Below, piece after piece: positions 14,623 through 28,711 of a DNA stretch of 64,000 bases (positions within the stretch are counted from its first letter, which is position 1; every line of letters begins with the position of its first letter). The stretch is from Rhina ancylostomus (lineage: Eukaryota), in assembly GCA_030265395.1 (NCBI GenBank), contig JARFYF010000112.1, forward strand, positions 74,833,600-74,897,599, read 5' to 3'. The translations under genes and the position numbers were made by a program. Under the pieces are notes generated by a model. That model was not told the origin of the DNA and made no database searches. It saw only the letters and a program-made list of their open reading frames with translations.

Positions 14623-14902
14623 TATATGCCATCCCCTGGTTATGAATGCCTGACTTATGGTTGCCCCCATTTATGGACAAACTCCAATAATATTGAATTC
14701 AAAAGTCCAATTACAGACATACGTCCTCTCTCTCCACTTTTATTAACTGCTCTCTCTTATCAGTCTTGTGTGCTTTTGATGCCATTCATTACAATACTGT
14801 GGAGTACAGAGTAGTGATTTTTGCATACTTTTCTCATGGACAAAATCAGTTTATGGATGTCTGTAAAAACAGAACATATTCATCATCTGGGGATGGCTTG
14901 TA
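14623..14902. mobile_element. Tc1/mariner-pogo (Tigger-like) MITE, about 280 bp
   Basis: imperfect terminal inverted repeats TAtatGCCATCCCCtggttATGAAT ... ATTCATcatctGGGGATGGCttgTA with TA at both ends. Confidence 0.7.
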
Positions 14903-15048
14903 CTTCTTGCAAAACAGGAACAATTCCAGATCCACAAAGAGGCATGTTGTGCCACTATTGTAGCATGATTAACAGCATGTTTCTACAGCTCTGTGGCATA
15001 TCAAACTTTTCTTTAACATATGCCTAAAATGGCAGAAAGGATACTTCA

Positions 15049-15159
<111 letters not shown>

Positions 15160-15160
15160 C

Positions 15161-15235
15161 TAACGAATTAAACAGTAACGAATTAAACAGTAACGAATTA
15201 AACAGTAACGAATTAAACAGTAACGAATTAAACAG
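15161..15235. repeat. Perfect 15-nt minisatellite (TAACGAATTAAACAG)x5 in a CUL4B intron
   Basis: five identical units read directly. Confidence 0.95.
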
Positions 15236-15268
15236 GATTAGCCACATTTAAAAGGATTGAAATCGTAC

Positions 15269-15431
15269 CTGCAAATCTGATAGCATACTCAAGAGGCTTC
15301 GAAGCAAACTCCGATCAATAGCTTCGCCATTTCGTTCTCTCTCAATTAACAGAAGAATCCCATCAATAGTTTTATTTTGAACCTTCCTATCACTTATTAC
15401 ATGGGATCTAAATAATTCTAGACCCATGTCC
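15269..15431 (-). CDS. CUL4B: Cullin-4B coding exon 6
   Basis: [54 protein letters not shown]; tgcAG / CAG|GTACGA; 163 nt. Confidence 0.96.
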
Positions 15432-15509
15432 CTGCAAAGCAAAACAATACAAATTAATAATAGTTGAAATTGCAAGATTATCAATTGATCCAGCAAACAC
15501 AAATTCCAT

Positions 15510-15920
15510 GATGGAGCATAGAACAGTTCAGGAACAGGCTCTTCAGCCCACAATGCCTGCAGCAAACACAATGCCAAATTAAACTAGTTCTCTTCTGCCT
15601 GAACATAATCCATATCCCTCTATTCCCTGCATGAACCAAAGTTTTATAATAGCTGCAACATGACCTCTTGATGGTTGTATTCAATGCCCCAACCAATGAA
15701 GGCAAGCATGCCACACACCTTTACCAGAATATAGACTTGCATGGCCACTTTCAGTGAGCTATGGACTTGGACCCCAAGATTCCTCCGTACATCAGTGCCG
15801 TTAAGGGTCCTGCCATTGACTGTGTACTTTCTCCTACATCAGACTTCCCAAAATGTAACACCTCACATTTGGTTAGATTAAACTCCATCTGCCACTTCAC
15901 CCATATCTGTAACTATACTT
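15510..15920 (-). mobile_element. CR1 LINE 3' fragment, internally deleted
   Basis: similar to the CR1 copies at 6384-7745 and 40708-41975. Confidence 0.7.
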
Positions 15921-18900
15921 CAATGCAAGCCTTTTAACCTCTCTGCCATAGTAGCGCTCAATATGTATGTCCAACTGCATAGTACAACTCACTTCCCGTG
16001 GATTCATGAAGAAGCTACTCCTGTTATCTGACAGTAATGCAATTCAAATCAATATTTTATAATACCTCTCACTTCCAAATGTCTACCAGGAACTTTTTAG
16101 ATGAGCAAACCAACTCACAGTATATTAATTGCCAAACTAAATCTGTAACACAGCAACAAATGATTGGACCCCATGTAGCCAAACACTGAGAATCACTGCT
16201 TAACTGTTCATCTCCTACCTATGTTTTTGTTTTTTTTAAGAAAAGTCCCCATCCACTGGAGAAACTCAAGTACAAAATAATTGCAATGCTTTGCAAAGCC
16301 AAAGTAACACATAGCCTGTTAATTATAACTTCATTTTCTCACTTCTTCTAATGAAGACAAGACTGCTGCGGCAGTGCCTTTCCACCAGTATTAGCAGTCT
16401 TCCAGAAGTGCTCCCAGCTTTTTTGTTTTCTTTTGCTAACCCACAAATAAGCGCTGGCAAGTTATAATTGCAAAGGTATCACAGTCGAGTTTGATTCTTT
16501 CTCAATACCTATCAAGCAGGGCTCGGGGTACTCAACACCACTATAACTGATGTAGAACCAAGATTAGAGGTTCAAGGCCAATTACAGCATTCATTCTGTT
16601 GTACTTTGTAAAATCAGGTACAAAATGCACGAAGCTAATTTGGGACCTTTTGTCCACCTAGTTTAATTATATATGGCAGAAGTAGTGAGCTAGTAGCAAG
16701 TCTTTACTTTATTGGTAATGGTAGCAAACTCAATTATAGTATATATTAAAAAAGTGTCTTATCTTTTAAAACTTCCAATACATGTTTCAAATGTCAAATC
16801 ACAACATCAATTTAATTATGTAGATTGCTATTCAGGTATATAGTTCAAAATCAAGTTCCTCTTGATATTCATACCAATAAAAAACATAACAAGTGGATGA
16901 TTTTAAATTTTAAGGAATGGCTACTCTCCCCCCGAATAGATGCATACACACACACGAACTGAAAACAACAACATGACTTCTTCAGCTCATGTACATGCCT
17001 TCAATGTATAAAATACCTTGGAGATGGCTGCTTCCTTCACGAAACTGTATTTGAAAAATTCCAAGCATAGTTTTCCCTCCACATATTTCTACAATTCTCC
17101 AATTTATTACATAATGCGCAGCAAAAATTTATAGGTGTACTACATTTGGCCAGGGCACCTGAATGCGGTTAGAATAAAATAAAATTTTAAAGAGTTCTCA
17201 GCACTGGAAAATTCCTTTTCATGTGAAAAGAGCCTCAAGCAAGATGACTGGATGAAGATGGGATTCCCTCCACAATCAAGCAACCTCACAAATACCACTA
17301 TTCATTCTTCAAGTACAAGTGTGGGCAAAGCATCAGAAGACAAATGATTTCTGTGGCCCTTATACCCCTTTAGGGAACCAACACCTTGAGAGGAAGGAGA
17401 AACCAAACAAATTCATACTTCTAACACTAGCAGAAATTCCATGTCATCAAATATTATAATGCAAAAAGTTAATTAAACACTAGCTATTAGGAGAAAATGA
17501 AGAGCATTTCAATAAGTAAAATAAAATTCTGGGGAACCAATAATCAGAAACAATTGTAGTTCTCAATTACACCAAAATTTGTTCACATCTGATGAAAGTG
17601 TTAAACATTAGCTGTTTAATCATTATTGATGTTACCTCACCTGTTGATATTTTTAGCATTGTTATTTAATTTTTTTTACACTTCAGATTTCCAGCATGAG
17701 CAGTATTTTGTCTTTGTATTTGTGGTCTTCACTGAGAACCCCAAACGTACATTTTTTGGGGAAGTTTACATAAAAATGAAAAGGGACCACCAACAATTAC
17801 TGGGAAATTTGATAGAACAATAATTTTCAGAAGGCATCAACACGATTTGGATTTCTGTTAGTTAAACCCAAGGCTCTCTCACAGTTGCATCTGAATAATA
17901 TGTTATCAACTAAGATTAAAGTAACTTCCAAAGCATGAAAAATTGTTTCACACAACCCAAAGGGGGTCGCTGTTGGAGTGAGGGCTCTAGATTTTCTTTT
18001 TGTCCTCCCTGACCCTTGGTGTGCTTAGACCAATTGTAGTGCAGCAAGTTGCTTCTGCTCTCTGATGTATAATAAGATGCAGATTTTTGATTCACATTTT
18101 ACATTATGCAATTTAAGTAGCTACAGACAAGTAGAACAGTAACAGGGTAAATTGGAAAGACAGCAACAAGAGGTGGATTTTTGACATTTAGATGCATTTA
18201 ACTCCACGTCACAATGATAGGACAAGAGTTTTTTTTAGCAAAAGCTTCTGAAAATTGAGAAAACTCTCCAAGATTATTTTCTATGCTGGTCTCTCTCTAT
18301 TTCAACCCACTCAACTTAACTCTTCACTTCTTGTTCCCTAAACACCAGACTAAAAATGTATTCAACTACAAGCCGACTCTAGGACATTGGAATTCAAGCA
18401 CAAAACTCAGACAGCAAACCCCATACCAGGTTGTGTTAGTAAACATTAATGCAACACTCATAATGAGAATTTTGAGTGGGAATTCTATGGGGGAAGTTAC
18501 TACACCCAAAATAAGCCTCTTTCTGGCCCACAATACAGGCACCCCCAATTACAGTCACAATTTAAGGATGATCATGGCACATTTCCAATCCGCCAATAAA
18601 GTACTCTCTTCTTTGTACAGGGCTGGTCAACATATGGGATTTAGCTGTGAAGGATTACAGCAAAGACCAATTCTTCTCCTATCTTACAATCAAACATTTA
18701 TATTCCAGAAAGGGTCACAGGATGCCAAACAGGCCAATTTATAAATTAATTCGGTAACATGAAGATAAATTCTGGTATATCACAATTTAAGTCAATGCTG
18801 GGAATCAAACTAATGNNNNNNNNNNTTCTCATAACCAAGCCTCAGTACCACAGCTTAAATGGTTTTATAAAATGGAACAATAGCTATAAAAAAACCATTA

Positions 18901-21900
18901 ACACAAAATTTAACACAAACTTTTCAACCCAGAAATAGGGCTATGAGCTCAGGTTAGATGAAATACAGTATATGGAGAATACCCCTACTTGAATAATAAG
19001 GAATACTTTCCCTGAAAGGGAGCAATATATCTTACTTCTTCATTTACATGATTCCCTTTGTGCAGCTGGGATCCAGGAATGCTGAAGCTTCAAATAGAAG
19101 TGACTTTTGCACAGAAGGCATCAAACGACACCTGCCCTGGGATTAGGATCCTGGTGGACGCCCAATGATCTGAAGTCATAACCTCTTCACTAGTGTCATC
19201 TGTAGCAAGGCACACCAAAACAGGAGCTCCTTGGCTCTAGAGGAGACCTCAGTGCAGGCTCATACGAGTGGTGAAGAGGCAAGATGGTTCACAGGCCACA
19301 GATTCTTTGGACGAGAATGAACTAGCACCTGCCAACATCAAGGAGAGTGCCTTAGAAATCTGACCAGTATTAAATGGCCCAAGTCAGGGTTGCAAATCGG
19401 TCAGCACTGCTAATCCTTGGACTGATTGATGTCTTCTAGGTTGTCCCTGGAGCGACTTGTTTTGAGATCCTGGTTCCAAATAAGTAGCTGATAAAATGTG
19501 CCAAACAAAATGCATCAGCACTTATTTAATTTGACTGATGGGTCCTTTTCTCCCAGTTGGAGGAAGATCTAAAAACATGTTCCTGGAGCATCAATTAAGA
19601 AAGGTTCTTTCCTCAAGGTTCTTCTCCTACCTATAAAATGGGCATCTTCAACAATATGGTGTCAAAATAATCTGGGGTTGAAACTAAGGTAAATATCTGC
19701 CTCTATCTTCTTTGCTCAATAGAAACAAACATATGCAAGGACAATGTTCCAAATGGACCACGTCCTTTGACTCGATGGAGGATCAGCAACATGAGGTATA
19801 CCACCTCGTCCTTCCTTAATGATCTTTAGAGCTTCTTTATTACAAATATTTTCACCAACCCCTGAAAATACTGGCAAAATTTGCAGTGGGTAATGGTGTT
19901 TTAAAGCAGGAGACATTGAAGAAAACATGTGTTACCACTTGTAGCCAAAATAATTTGGATCTTAAAATTGGCATGAATTAAGATTACAAGGAAAACAAAC
20001 AACAAAAATAAAATCATATGCTTGAAGACAAGAAGAGTAGAAAAAGACTATGATAATTAAGATATCTACTTCAAGACACTTAAAAAGATAATTAGAGTGG
20101 TCAGGACAGTGCCTTCATGGCACTGGTACCACTTCTCAATTGTCAAAGAGTACCTCCACAAAGAATTCAGCTTTAGAAGCAAAATTAAACAAACCAAATC
20201 TAATATATAGCCAAAAGTTATTTTCTTTTCAATTTATCAAACTGGAGTATAAATATTCCTTTCCTTATAAACAATATTTAAAATTTGCCATTTTGGATAC
20301 AATCATCAATTGATTTTTGTTTCTCATTTGTTAATGTGGTGACAGAATTATTTAACCTTCTTCAAAATTATAACTATTGTTCAAGGCAAACTTTGCTACA
20401 GGAAGAGATGATGAAAATTATTCATCTGATTGCTTTGAGGCATTTCATATTGATTCTGAAACACACAACATCTGTAAGACTTATTCACGCACACAAGGAA
20501 AAACAAAGGGTGACTATCAAGTCAGGACAAAAAAAATGTTTAATAAAAATATTCAAAGGGAAAATGCTCTGCAGACTACCAGATTTAAAAAAACAAATCT
20601 TCTGAATGATTTTTCAATTCCTTTACATCCACAAGGTTCTATTTGCTGCCTTGACCTTACATGGAGTAACATAGTAATTTTGAACTTCAGATTCAATAGT
20701 TTTCCTGACTATGTCGCTGCAACCTAATTCTAGTATCATTTGGTGCAATTACAAATGTGTAACCATGGTGCAATTAATAAAATCTTTTTAAAAAACTGCA
20801 GTGTTAAATATGTACATTTTCACAACCACAGACACCAGGAAAGCTTTACCTTGCATATTAGAAACATGCTAATTCTCCCATGGGCTCAGTGAGAAGCCAA
20901 GCCATAAAAGAGAAAAGGGCTCAGGTTCAACACTCATCTATGCTGTGAAACTGACCCAGCTAATGTAGCAGCGAATAAGATATAGGGGTCTTCACTGCAC
21001 CAAGAGATTAGGGAGTGGACCAGAAGAAGATGAAGTAGTGTCTCTGCTCCTCAATGCTATTCACTTATTGTTGTTAGACAATATGGGCACATGGGCACTG
21101 TCTACCAGCATCTTACTAGACTGCAACATACAACTGCGGAAAACAAACTACCCTATACTATTTACCATCAAAGTGTCATGTTAACTGTCAGATACTTTGA
21201 TAAACCTTTGGTACCTGTGAGACAATTCCCAAGAAGTCAATGCCCCTGCAATTTGAGTAGAGTTCAGGGTATTTCAATTTTTAAAACAGTTTTTGCAAAC
21301 TCTTAACGATATTTTAAAAGTATAATCTTCTAGGCTGGCTATATACATAATGATCAATGATGCAGAAAGCTTATTGAGCCAAAGCTAATATTTCCAGAAT
21401 TTAACCATAACCAGTTGTTTTGCATTAGACGGATTCCACAGATAACTTTGATCAGGTTTCCTTCAAAGTTAGCCCAACTGTTCTTTGACCCGATCCACAT
21501 TACTCTATTATCTCCACCAAGAGGGCATGCTATTATGTGCTATAACTAGTTACTGGGATTGCTCTTGCTTGAAGAATGTTGCCGGTAGTACTTATTTCTG
21601 TTATGACATGGAAAACTGTGAAGATCATATTCAACTCTAGTGGACAGAGCAATATCTGTACAAGACTATGATTCACAAACTATGGAGACAAATTAACCTT
21701 GTTAAATCTACATTCAAATAAGTTAGTAGGTTAGAACCTGCACGTTAAAGACAAAATCCTGATTGAAACAAACTGAAAAAATTATGCAGAAATAGTGTGA
21801 ACCTTTAGCTAAGCCAATACAGTTCAAAATTATTGAAATCATTTAGAACAAAGGTGTATTGCAGAACATGGAGTCTTAAATTTAAACTTGATTTTTGACT

Positions 21901-22767
21901 TTTATTTCAATATTTCAGAATGTTGAAGGTAGAACTTGGTTTTGCTGTTTAGGATTTATTGATCAATGACCAAGAACTAAAAATAATCCTTTCCAAAATT
22001 TAAGAGCCATGACTTCAAACAAGACAATTCAGCTAATGAGAAAGATAGTTGCAAACTATTAGAAATAGGCTGCTTCAACATGGTGCACCAGACTGGCTAG
22101 CCTCAGGGATTCTAAGAATCTAAGCTGGAATACCGGGTGGAAATAGGGAATGATAGGCTTTGAGCAAACAAGTGGGCCAAATGTCTTCTTTTCTTGCATC
22201 ACTTGCTTTCTTGCATCTTCAGTGTTGTGTTTTGCACTTAAAGCAATGGCTCCATGCTACACAATTCAATTCTTCAATTATTGGTACATTTTATTTTTCA
22301 AGTCAGTTTGTATCCTCTTCCTTAAAGCTAATTTATCATTCAAACTGCAAATAGCTGACAGTCCACACACTTTTCTTGGTACTGTACATCTCAACTAATG
22401 GGATAACCTCTGTTCATAATGCTACTCTGATATATAATTTTGATACAAAAGGATCCCGAGCCAAAACCAGACAAAAAACTTGCTGAGATACAGTTCCACT
22501 GGTTCAGTCATCATTCTATTAACTTACCCAAATAGCTTGTTTATTGCTGAACCTTGAGAGTACCTCATATCCTCTCACACTTTGCAAAGGACAAGACCGA
22601 CTTGTCATCAATCTATCATATGCAGTTTCAGATGCATAATGAGTAGTACCAGAAGTCAATTTTCTTTTCCTTTTCTTAAGGGTGATGGGACCAATTGTAA
22701 TATTCTGACTGTTCAATTTGGAATTTATTAAATAACTTTTGTTGTGAAGATCAAATCGTTAAACTTA

Positions 22768-22881
<114 letters not shown>

Positions 22882-23639
22882 TTAAATTCTTCGCAAAGTA
22901 ATTGAATATATTGGAATCCTTCATAATTTTAGTGGTTATATTATAGAAAAAAGCTAGTTAGCAGTGTCACAATTGAGGACTTATTTCTTCAAAATTAATC
23001 ATTTGTCATTTCTCCAATGATGTTCCAATAAGTAGCTAAAGGTATAATCTGATGGGGCATGAATGTGTAGAGAATAAAAACTAACCAGAATTCCTGGTAT
23101 AGCTCAACTAATACAGTCAATGGCAAAGTTGTCACAACTGGACTTGTTTTGGAAGCAGAGTAGTCACAATTACACAAATGATCTTAAAATGGTGACCTGT
23201 TCTGGAAACAATGTGCAGAGGTTGGCAAGACAGTCGCTCTTTACAAGAACAGGCCTGCCATGATTATATACCCAGGTTCATATTTGAATACTAGGTACTT
23301 GGTGATACTAATGAATTTGACAAGTACCCGTGGAACTGTATTCCAGTTTACCAAAAAAAAAACACCAGAGGAAGTACATAATGGGAATAAAACAATCTAC
23401 ATTTCTGCATCATTAATGGACGAGTAGATTTTTCAAGGCACTGGATAGCAACCAGGCAATGAGTTGGAGAGATTGAGGAACTCATTGGTGCACAAAAGCA
23501 GCATTAATACTTTAAAGTTGAGACAGATCTTGAGGGATCAAATGCTAGAAACAAAGAGAATGCCTGAAGGACCAATTCAAAGCAAAAAACAATTAGATGA
23601 CCACTTCACAAGGATAAAAGACTGCATTCTATCAGAGAT

Positions 23640-23925
23640 CTAGGGACACAAGTTTGATCCTGACTTCCAAGTGCTGCCTGTGTGGAGCTCCCCTCGTGAT
23701 CATGTGGGTTTTTCCACATGTCCCAATTTCCTCCCTCATTCCAAAGAGGTAAATTAATTGGCTGCTGTAAATTGCCCATACTATAGGTGGGAGGAGAATC
23801 AAGGGGAGTTGATGGACACATGAGGAACAATAGATTGCAGAGGAAATGAGACTGCAGATATAATTACTCTGCTGGGAGCTGGCAAGGACCCAATGGGCTG
23901 AATGACTTCCTTCTGTGGCATAGTG
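23640..23925 (+). mobile_element. Degenerate V-SINE
   Basis: GTGGGTTTTTCC..TTTCCTCCCTCATTCCAAAGA..TTAATTGGCTGCTGTAAATTGCCC and CR1-like tail ATGGGCTGAATGACTTCCTTCTGTG. Confidence 0.6.
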
Positions 23926-24825
23926 AGCATTCTGTGGAAAAGACTGATTTAAATCTTTGAAAGACTGTGTGCAGGTTTTTGATGAAAGCAATAACATTTC
24001 CACAAATTACACATACAAAGGATATGCAAAATGCTAACACTGTGAATCATAAGAGTGACTAGTACAAAAGCTAGGAAAAGTAATTGGTAGACTCTTCAAC
24101 TGGTTAGGGTTAGCCCTCATCTAGGGGAGGGAAGAAGTTGGCACATGGTCCAAGAGAACTGAAGGAAATGGCAAGGCCAATATCTGGTGAATTTTGTACT
24201 GAGAAGATTTCCTGTACTAAATGCTCTCCTCAGCATGAGAGCTAATTATGTATTTGCAAATCTGTTGCCCATACACCGGAATTCAACAAAGGATCAAATC
24301 ATACATCTGGAATAAAACTCATTGTTGGGAAATGAACTGTTTTAGATTGATTCTCATTTGAACCACCTAATATTTAACTTTCGGGCCAGCAAGATAAAAA
24401 TTCCTTTTCAAGTTCTTAAATACGTCTCTGATTTCTCTAGAACTGCAAGAAATATTCACCTTTCCAGCAAACTTAGAACTGAACCAGACTTATTAACTGT
24501 TGGATTTCAAGTACACAATATCATACAGAAATAGATTAAAAATACTTTTCTAGTGGCTTAGGTTCAGCCTTCAAAAGAATAACTGCCTGACCATTAAGTT
24601 AAACAAACCCCAATGGCATGATTACCATTGCTTCAAGAACCAACATCTCGAAGAGGAGAGTAAAACAGAGAAAAAAAAAATTGAACAACCAGAAATATCA
24701 TCATCACCCTTCCCTTTCCAAGATGAATTTCAATACAATTTCAGTTCTAAGTAACAGTATTTCTACTATATATTCTTAACTACTTTTTAAACTGAAATAA
24801 ATCTCAAATTTCTGGTCTTACTTAC

Positions 24826-24895
24826 CATTTGTCTGCAATGATCCTGCCAGCATTTATCTATTTTCTTTAAAAAGAGAACACTATCCAAGGAATCC
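24826..24895 (-). CDS. CUL4B: Cullin-4B coding exon 4
   Basis: [23 protein letters not shown]; acceptor tccAC|G, donor ATG|GTAAGT; 70 nt. Confidence 0.95.
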
Positions 24896-25624
24896 GTGGA
24901 GAATCGGTTAAAGAAAACGGAAAATGCAAAGTTAGTTCCTAGTGAATAAAGGAAAAGAAATTCCCAGGCATATACAAAGAAATATTTTCAAAATCATTTA
25001 AATGATTTCCTTCTATTTGATAACCCAATTAAAATGGAAGGAAAAAAAACAAATTCGCATACACTTATACTAATGGAAGAGGATGCCACGTGGCCTCTTA
25101 CATTACTGATGGACCTGCTTAGGAGGTCCTAGGGTGAGGACCATTCTTGCTGTTCCACATCACTAAACCAGTATTATAATCAAATTTGGAAATTCACCTG
25201 AGGTGGTGGAAGATAAAAGAAAAACCTTAGTTTGAATAAAATACAAGATAGTACTATTTCAGAAAATGCCACCATCAGTTCCGAAAGTCAATGAAAATAC
25301 TTTCAATGTTTACCAGTTTACATTGGTAGTCATTGAGTTCAAGGCTGTGTACTGGAATAATGTTTAAAGATAAAGAACCCAAACACAGATAGAATGATGA
25401 CTATAGTATGAACAGAAGCAGAACATGCTTCACACCCAGTAAATCGCTTTTAGGTGTTGTCACTATTGTTTCTCAAACCATGTCTATTGGTGCACAGCGG
25501 CACATACAAAGAGAAAATAAAAGTTGCATGGATGGATAAGCTATTTTACTGAGGATGGTTGAGGTAGTAAAATTAGAAAGGTCTCCTTGGTCCTTCACGA
25601 AGCTACGTGGTGCTTTAGATTGAC

Positions 25625-25930
25625 AAGGGAGGGGTGATGGTGAGTCCAGGACTAGAGGGCACAGTCTAAGCATTAGAGGGTACCCGTGTAGAACAGAAAT
25701 GAGGAGAAATTTCTTTAGCCAGAGGGTAGTGAATTTATGGAATTCTTTGTCACAAACAGCCGTGGAGGCCCGATCATTGGGGGTGTTTAAGGAGGAGATT
25801 GATAGGTATCAAGGGATATGGGAGAAAGGCTGGAAAATGGGGCTAGATGGAATAGTTTAGTTTAGCTCATGGAGCAGACTCGATGGGCCGAATAGCCTAT
25901 TTCTGCTCCTTTGTCTTGTGATCTTGTGAC
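25625..25930 (+). mobile_element. CR1 LINE 3' end
   Basis: SRTRGHSL..EMRRNFFSQRVVNLWNSL; tail GATGGGCCGAATAGCCTATTTCTGCTCC. Confidence 0.85.
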
Positions 25931-26276
25931 ATAGTGACAAGAAATTCTAATGCATTTATGTACTCTGTTGGTAAGGGCCATTTGAAACAAATTTTAATGA
26001 AGATATTAAGATTAACAACCCGAGTTTCTAAACAGTCTGCTGGACTGTAAGTGCTTGATAATCCTCCCAGGATCTTAAGAACAGAATAGAAACAGGAAAA
26101 TAATTGTCATTCAAAATATAATAGCTCCAGCCGATTAATTCACAATGAAATCTACACAATGCAGAACCTCCCATAATTCTTTAAAAGTCTTACTGGTCTC
26201 TTCTATGAATAATAAAGACCTTCACACTAACCAATAACAACCTCCGTTTGTTAGAGTAAAACACAGTGGTATAAAA

Positions 26277-27200
26277 GACCATAAGACATAGGAGCAAAAT
26301 TATTCCATTTGACCCATCGAGTCTGCTCCGCCATTTGATCATGGCCGATTTATTTTTCCCTCTCAACCTTATTCTCCTGCCTTCTCCCCGAAACCTTTGA
26401 CACCCTCACTACTCAAGAACCCATCGACCTCTGCTTTAACCATACCCAATGACTTGGCCTTCACAGCCATCTGTGGCAATGATCTCCAGAGATCCACAAC
26501 CCTATTGCTAAAGAAATTCTTCCTCATGTCCTTCTATTCTGAGGCTGTGCTCTCTGGTCCTACTCTCCCACTACTGGAAACATCCTCTTCACATTCACTC
26601 TATCCAGGCCTTTCAATATTCAGTAAGTTTCAGTAAGATCCCCCTTCATCCTTCTCAATTCCAGTGAGTACAGACGCAGAGCCATCAAACGCTCCTCATA
26701 CGTTAACCTTTTCATTCCTGGGATCATTCTTATAAATCTCCTCTGGACCCTCTCCAACAACAGCACATCATTCCTTAGATATGGGGCTCAAAACTGCTGA
26801 CAATACTGCAAATGTGGTCTGACCAACACCTGATAAAGTCTCAGCATTACATCCGTACTTTTATATTCTAGTCCTTTCAAAATGAATGCTAACATTGCAT
26901 TTGCCTTCCATACTACTGACTCAACCTGAAAGTTAACCTTTAGGGAATCCTGCACCAGGACTCCTAAGTCCCCTTGCACCTCCGATTTCTGAATTTGTTC
27001 CCCATTTAGAAAACAGTCTACATCTGTATTCCTTCTACCAAAGTGCATGACCATCCACTTCCCTACTCTGTTTTCCATCTGCCACTTCTTTGCCCATTCT
27101 CCCAACTTGTCCAAGTCCTTCTGCAGACTTCCTGCTTCCTCAACACTACCTGCCCCTCCACCTGTCGTTGTATCCTATGCACATTTGGCCACAAAGCCAT
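26277..27200 (-). mobile_element. CR1 LINE ORF2 3' portion
   Basis: DKLGEWAKKWQME..MHFGRRN..DLGVLVQDSLKV..LYQVLVRPHLQYCQQF. Confidence 0.9.
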
Positions 27201-27514
27201 CTCAAGGAGAGCCAAGGAGACGAGGTGGGGGNNNNNNNNNNNNNNNNNNNNNNNNNNNNNNNNNNNNNNNNNNNNNNNNNNNNNNNNNNNNNNNNNNNNN
27301 NGAAAAGGGCAAGGTGAAAAAATAGAGGTGATGGGGAGAAGTACAGATTGTGTAAAGACCTTGGGAATGGAGGATTGAGGGAGGCAGAAGAGAGAAGAGA
27401 GATAAATTAACGAAGATGGACTTTCTCAATACCTGCTGCCCCAAATAGAAAACCATTCCTGGAAGCTGAGTTTTCAGACAGTAGCCAAATATACAAATGT
27501 CATGTTTGTTACTA

Positions 27515-27700
<186 letters not shown>

Positions 27701-28595
27701 CTAAAAATAGAAAACATTATAATGAAGGAAAAATATCTAGCTAGCCTACACAATATACAATCTAGATATTTGTTAATTTTTTTGAGTGATGAATTTTCAA
27801 CCTTAGTTCTATTCCACAAAGCTCATTTTAGCTTGGTTATAATTCCAAGGTTCCACAAACATACATTAAGTTTGCAAGCTAAGATACATGCATCAGCAAG
27901 CTACTTGGACACACTGATCATTAAAGCCATTAAGNNNNNNNNNNTGGGACTTTAAAGTGTGCCTTTGGTTCGACACTGCCAAATTCCCTTCAATAAACTA
28001 GAAGAGTAATAAGGAGGCCAAATAAAACTAATTGACTCATGCTGAGAATTTTATTTATCTTGGGATTTTTAGAAGTTCTAATTTCACTAGCCTGAAATCT
28101 ATTTTTCTTACATGTCCCAAGACAACATAGATCAGCAGTCTTTTCTGACTGTCAAGAACATCAGAGCCAAGTACCATTCTGCTTTCCCCACACGTTTTAT
28201 TGGATAGTGTTAAGGACTTCTGCTCATTTTCTCCTTGTAATTGCAATAAATTAGAAGATCAAATTCTTGCCTGGAGTCCTGATGCAGATTGATTTGCCCA
28301 AAATAGACAGCATCAAGAGGAAAAGTTGAGGGGAAAGTTTTACTTTTTTTTGTAAATTGGCAATATTAATTTGGCATGCAACTCTAAATAAAGTGATTAA
28401 GAAAGAAACCTAGATATCTTTAGACATATCACTACTCTCAAAATACACATTTCATAAAAACATGCATCATGATCATNNNNNNNNNNNNNNNNNNNNNNNN
28501 NNNNNNNNNNNNNNNNNNNNNNNNNNNNNNNNNNNNNNNNNNNNNNNNNNNNNNNNNNNNNNNNNNNNNNNNNNNNCATGCATCATGTTCATCAC

Positions 28596-28711
28596 CTGAT
28601 AAAGTTCCTCTAAATTGTATTTGATAGAGGTGCTCTTCTGGATTGCTTCTACTGCTTCTTTCAGTTTTTGCCAAGTTTCATTGGTGTAATTATCAGGAAG
28701 TTTAGGTTTAT
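28596..28711 (-). CDS. CUL4B: Cullin-4B coding exon 2
   Basis: (D)[38 protein letters not shown]; acceptor tttcAG, donor CAG|GTGATG; 116 nt restores phase 0. Confidence 0.96.

Noticed and set aside
15161-15235. Regular repeat considered as a CRISPR-like array
   Set aside because: No spacers and a eukaryotic intronic context; it is a simple minisatellite.
18283-18744. 153-aa ATG ORF antisense within a CUL4B intron
   Set aside because: AT-rich, no recognisable domain, no splice or promoter support; compatible with chance.
19000-19950. Possible Tx1/L1 ORF2 remnant (KEGRGGIPHVA); similarly a hAT-like CEKSF fragment near 8130
   Set aside because: Too degraded to support a call without a search.
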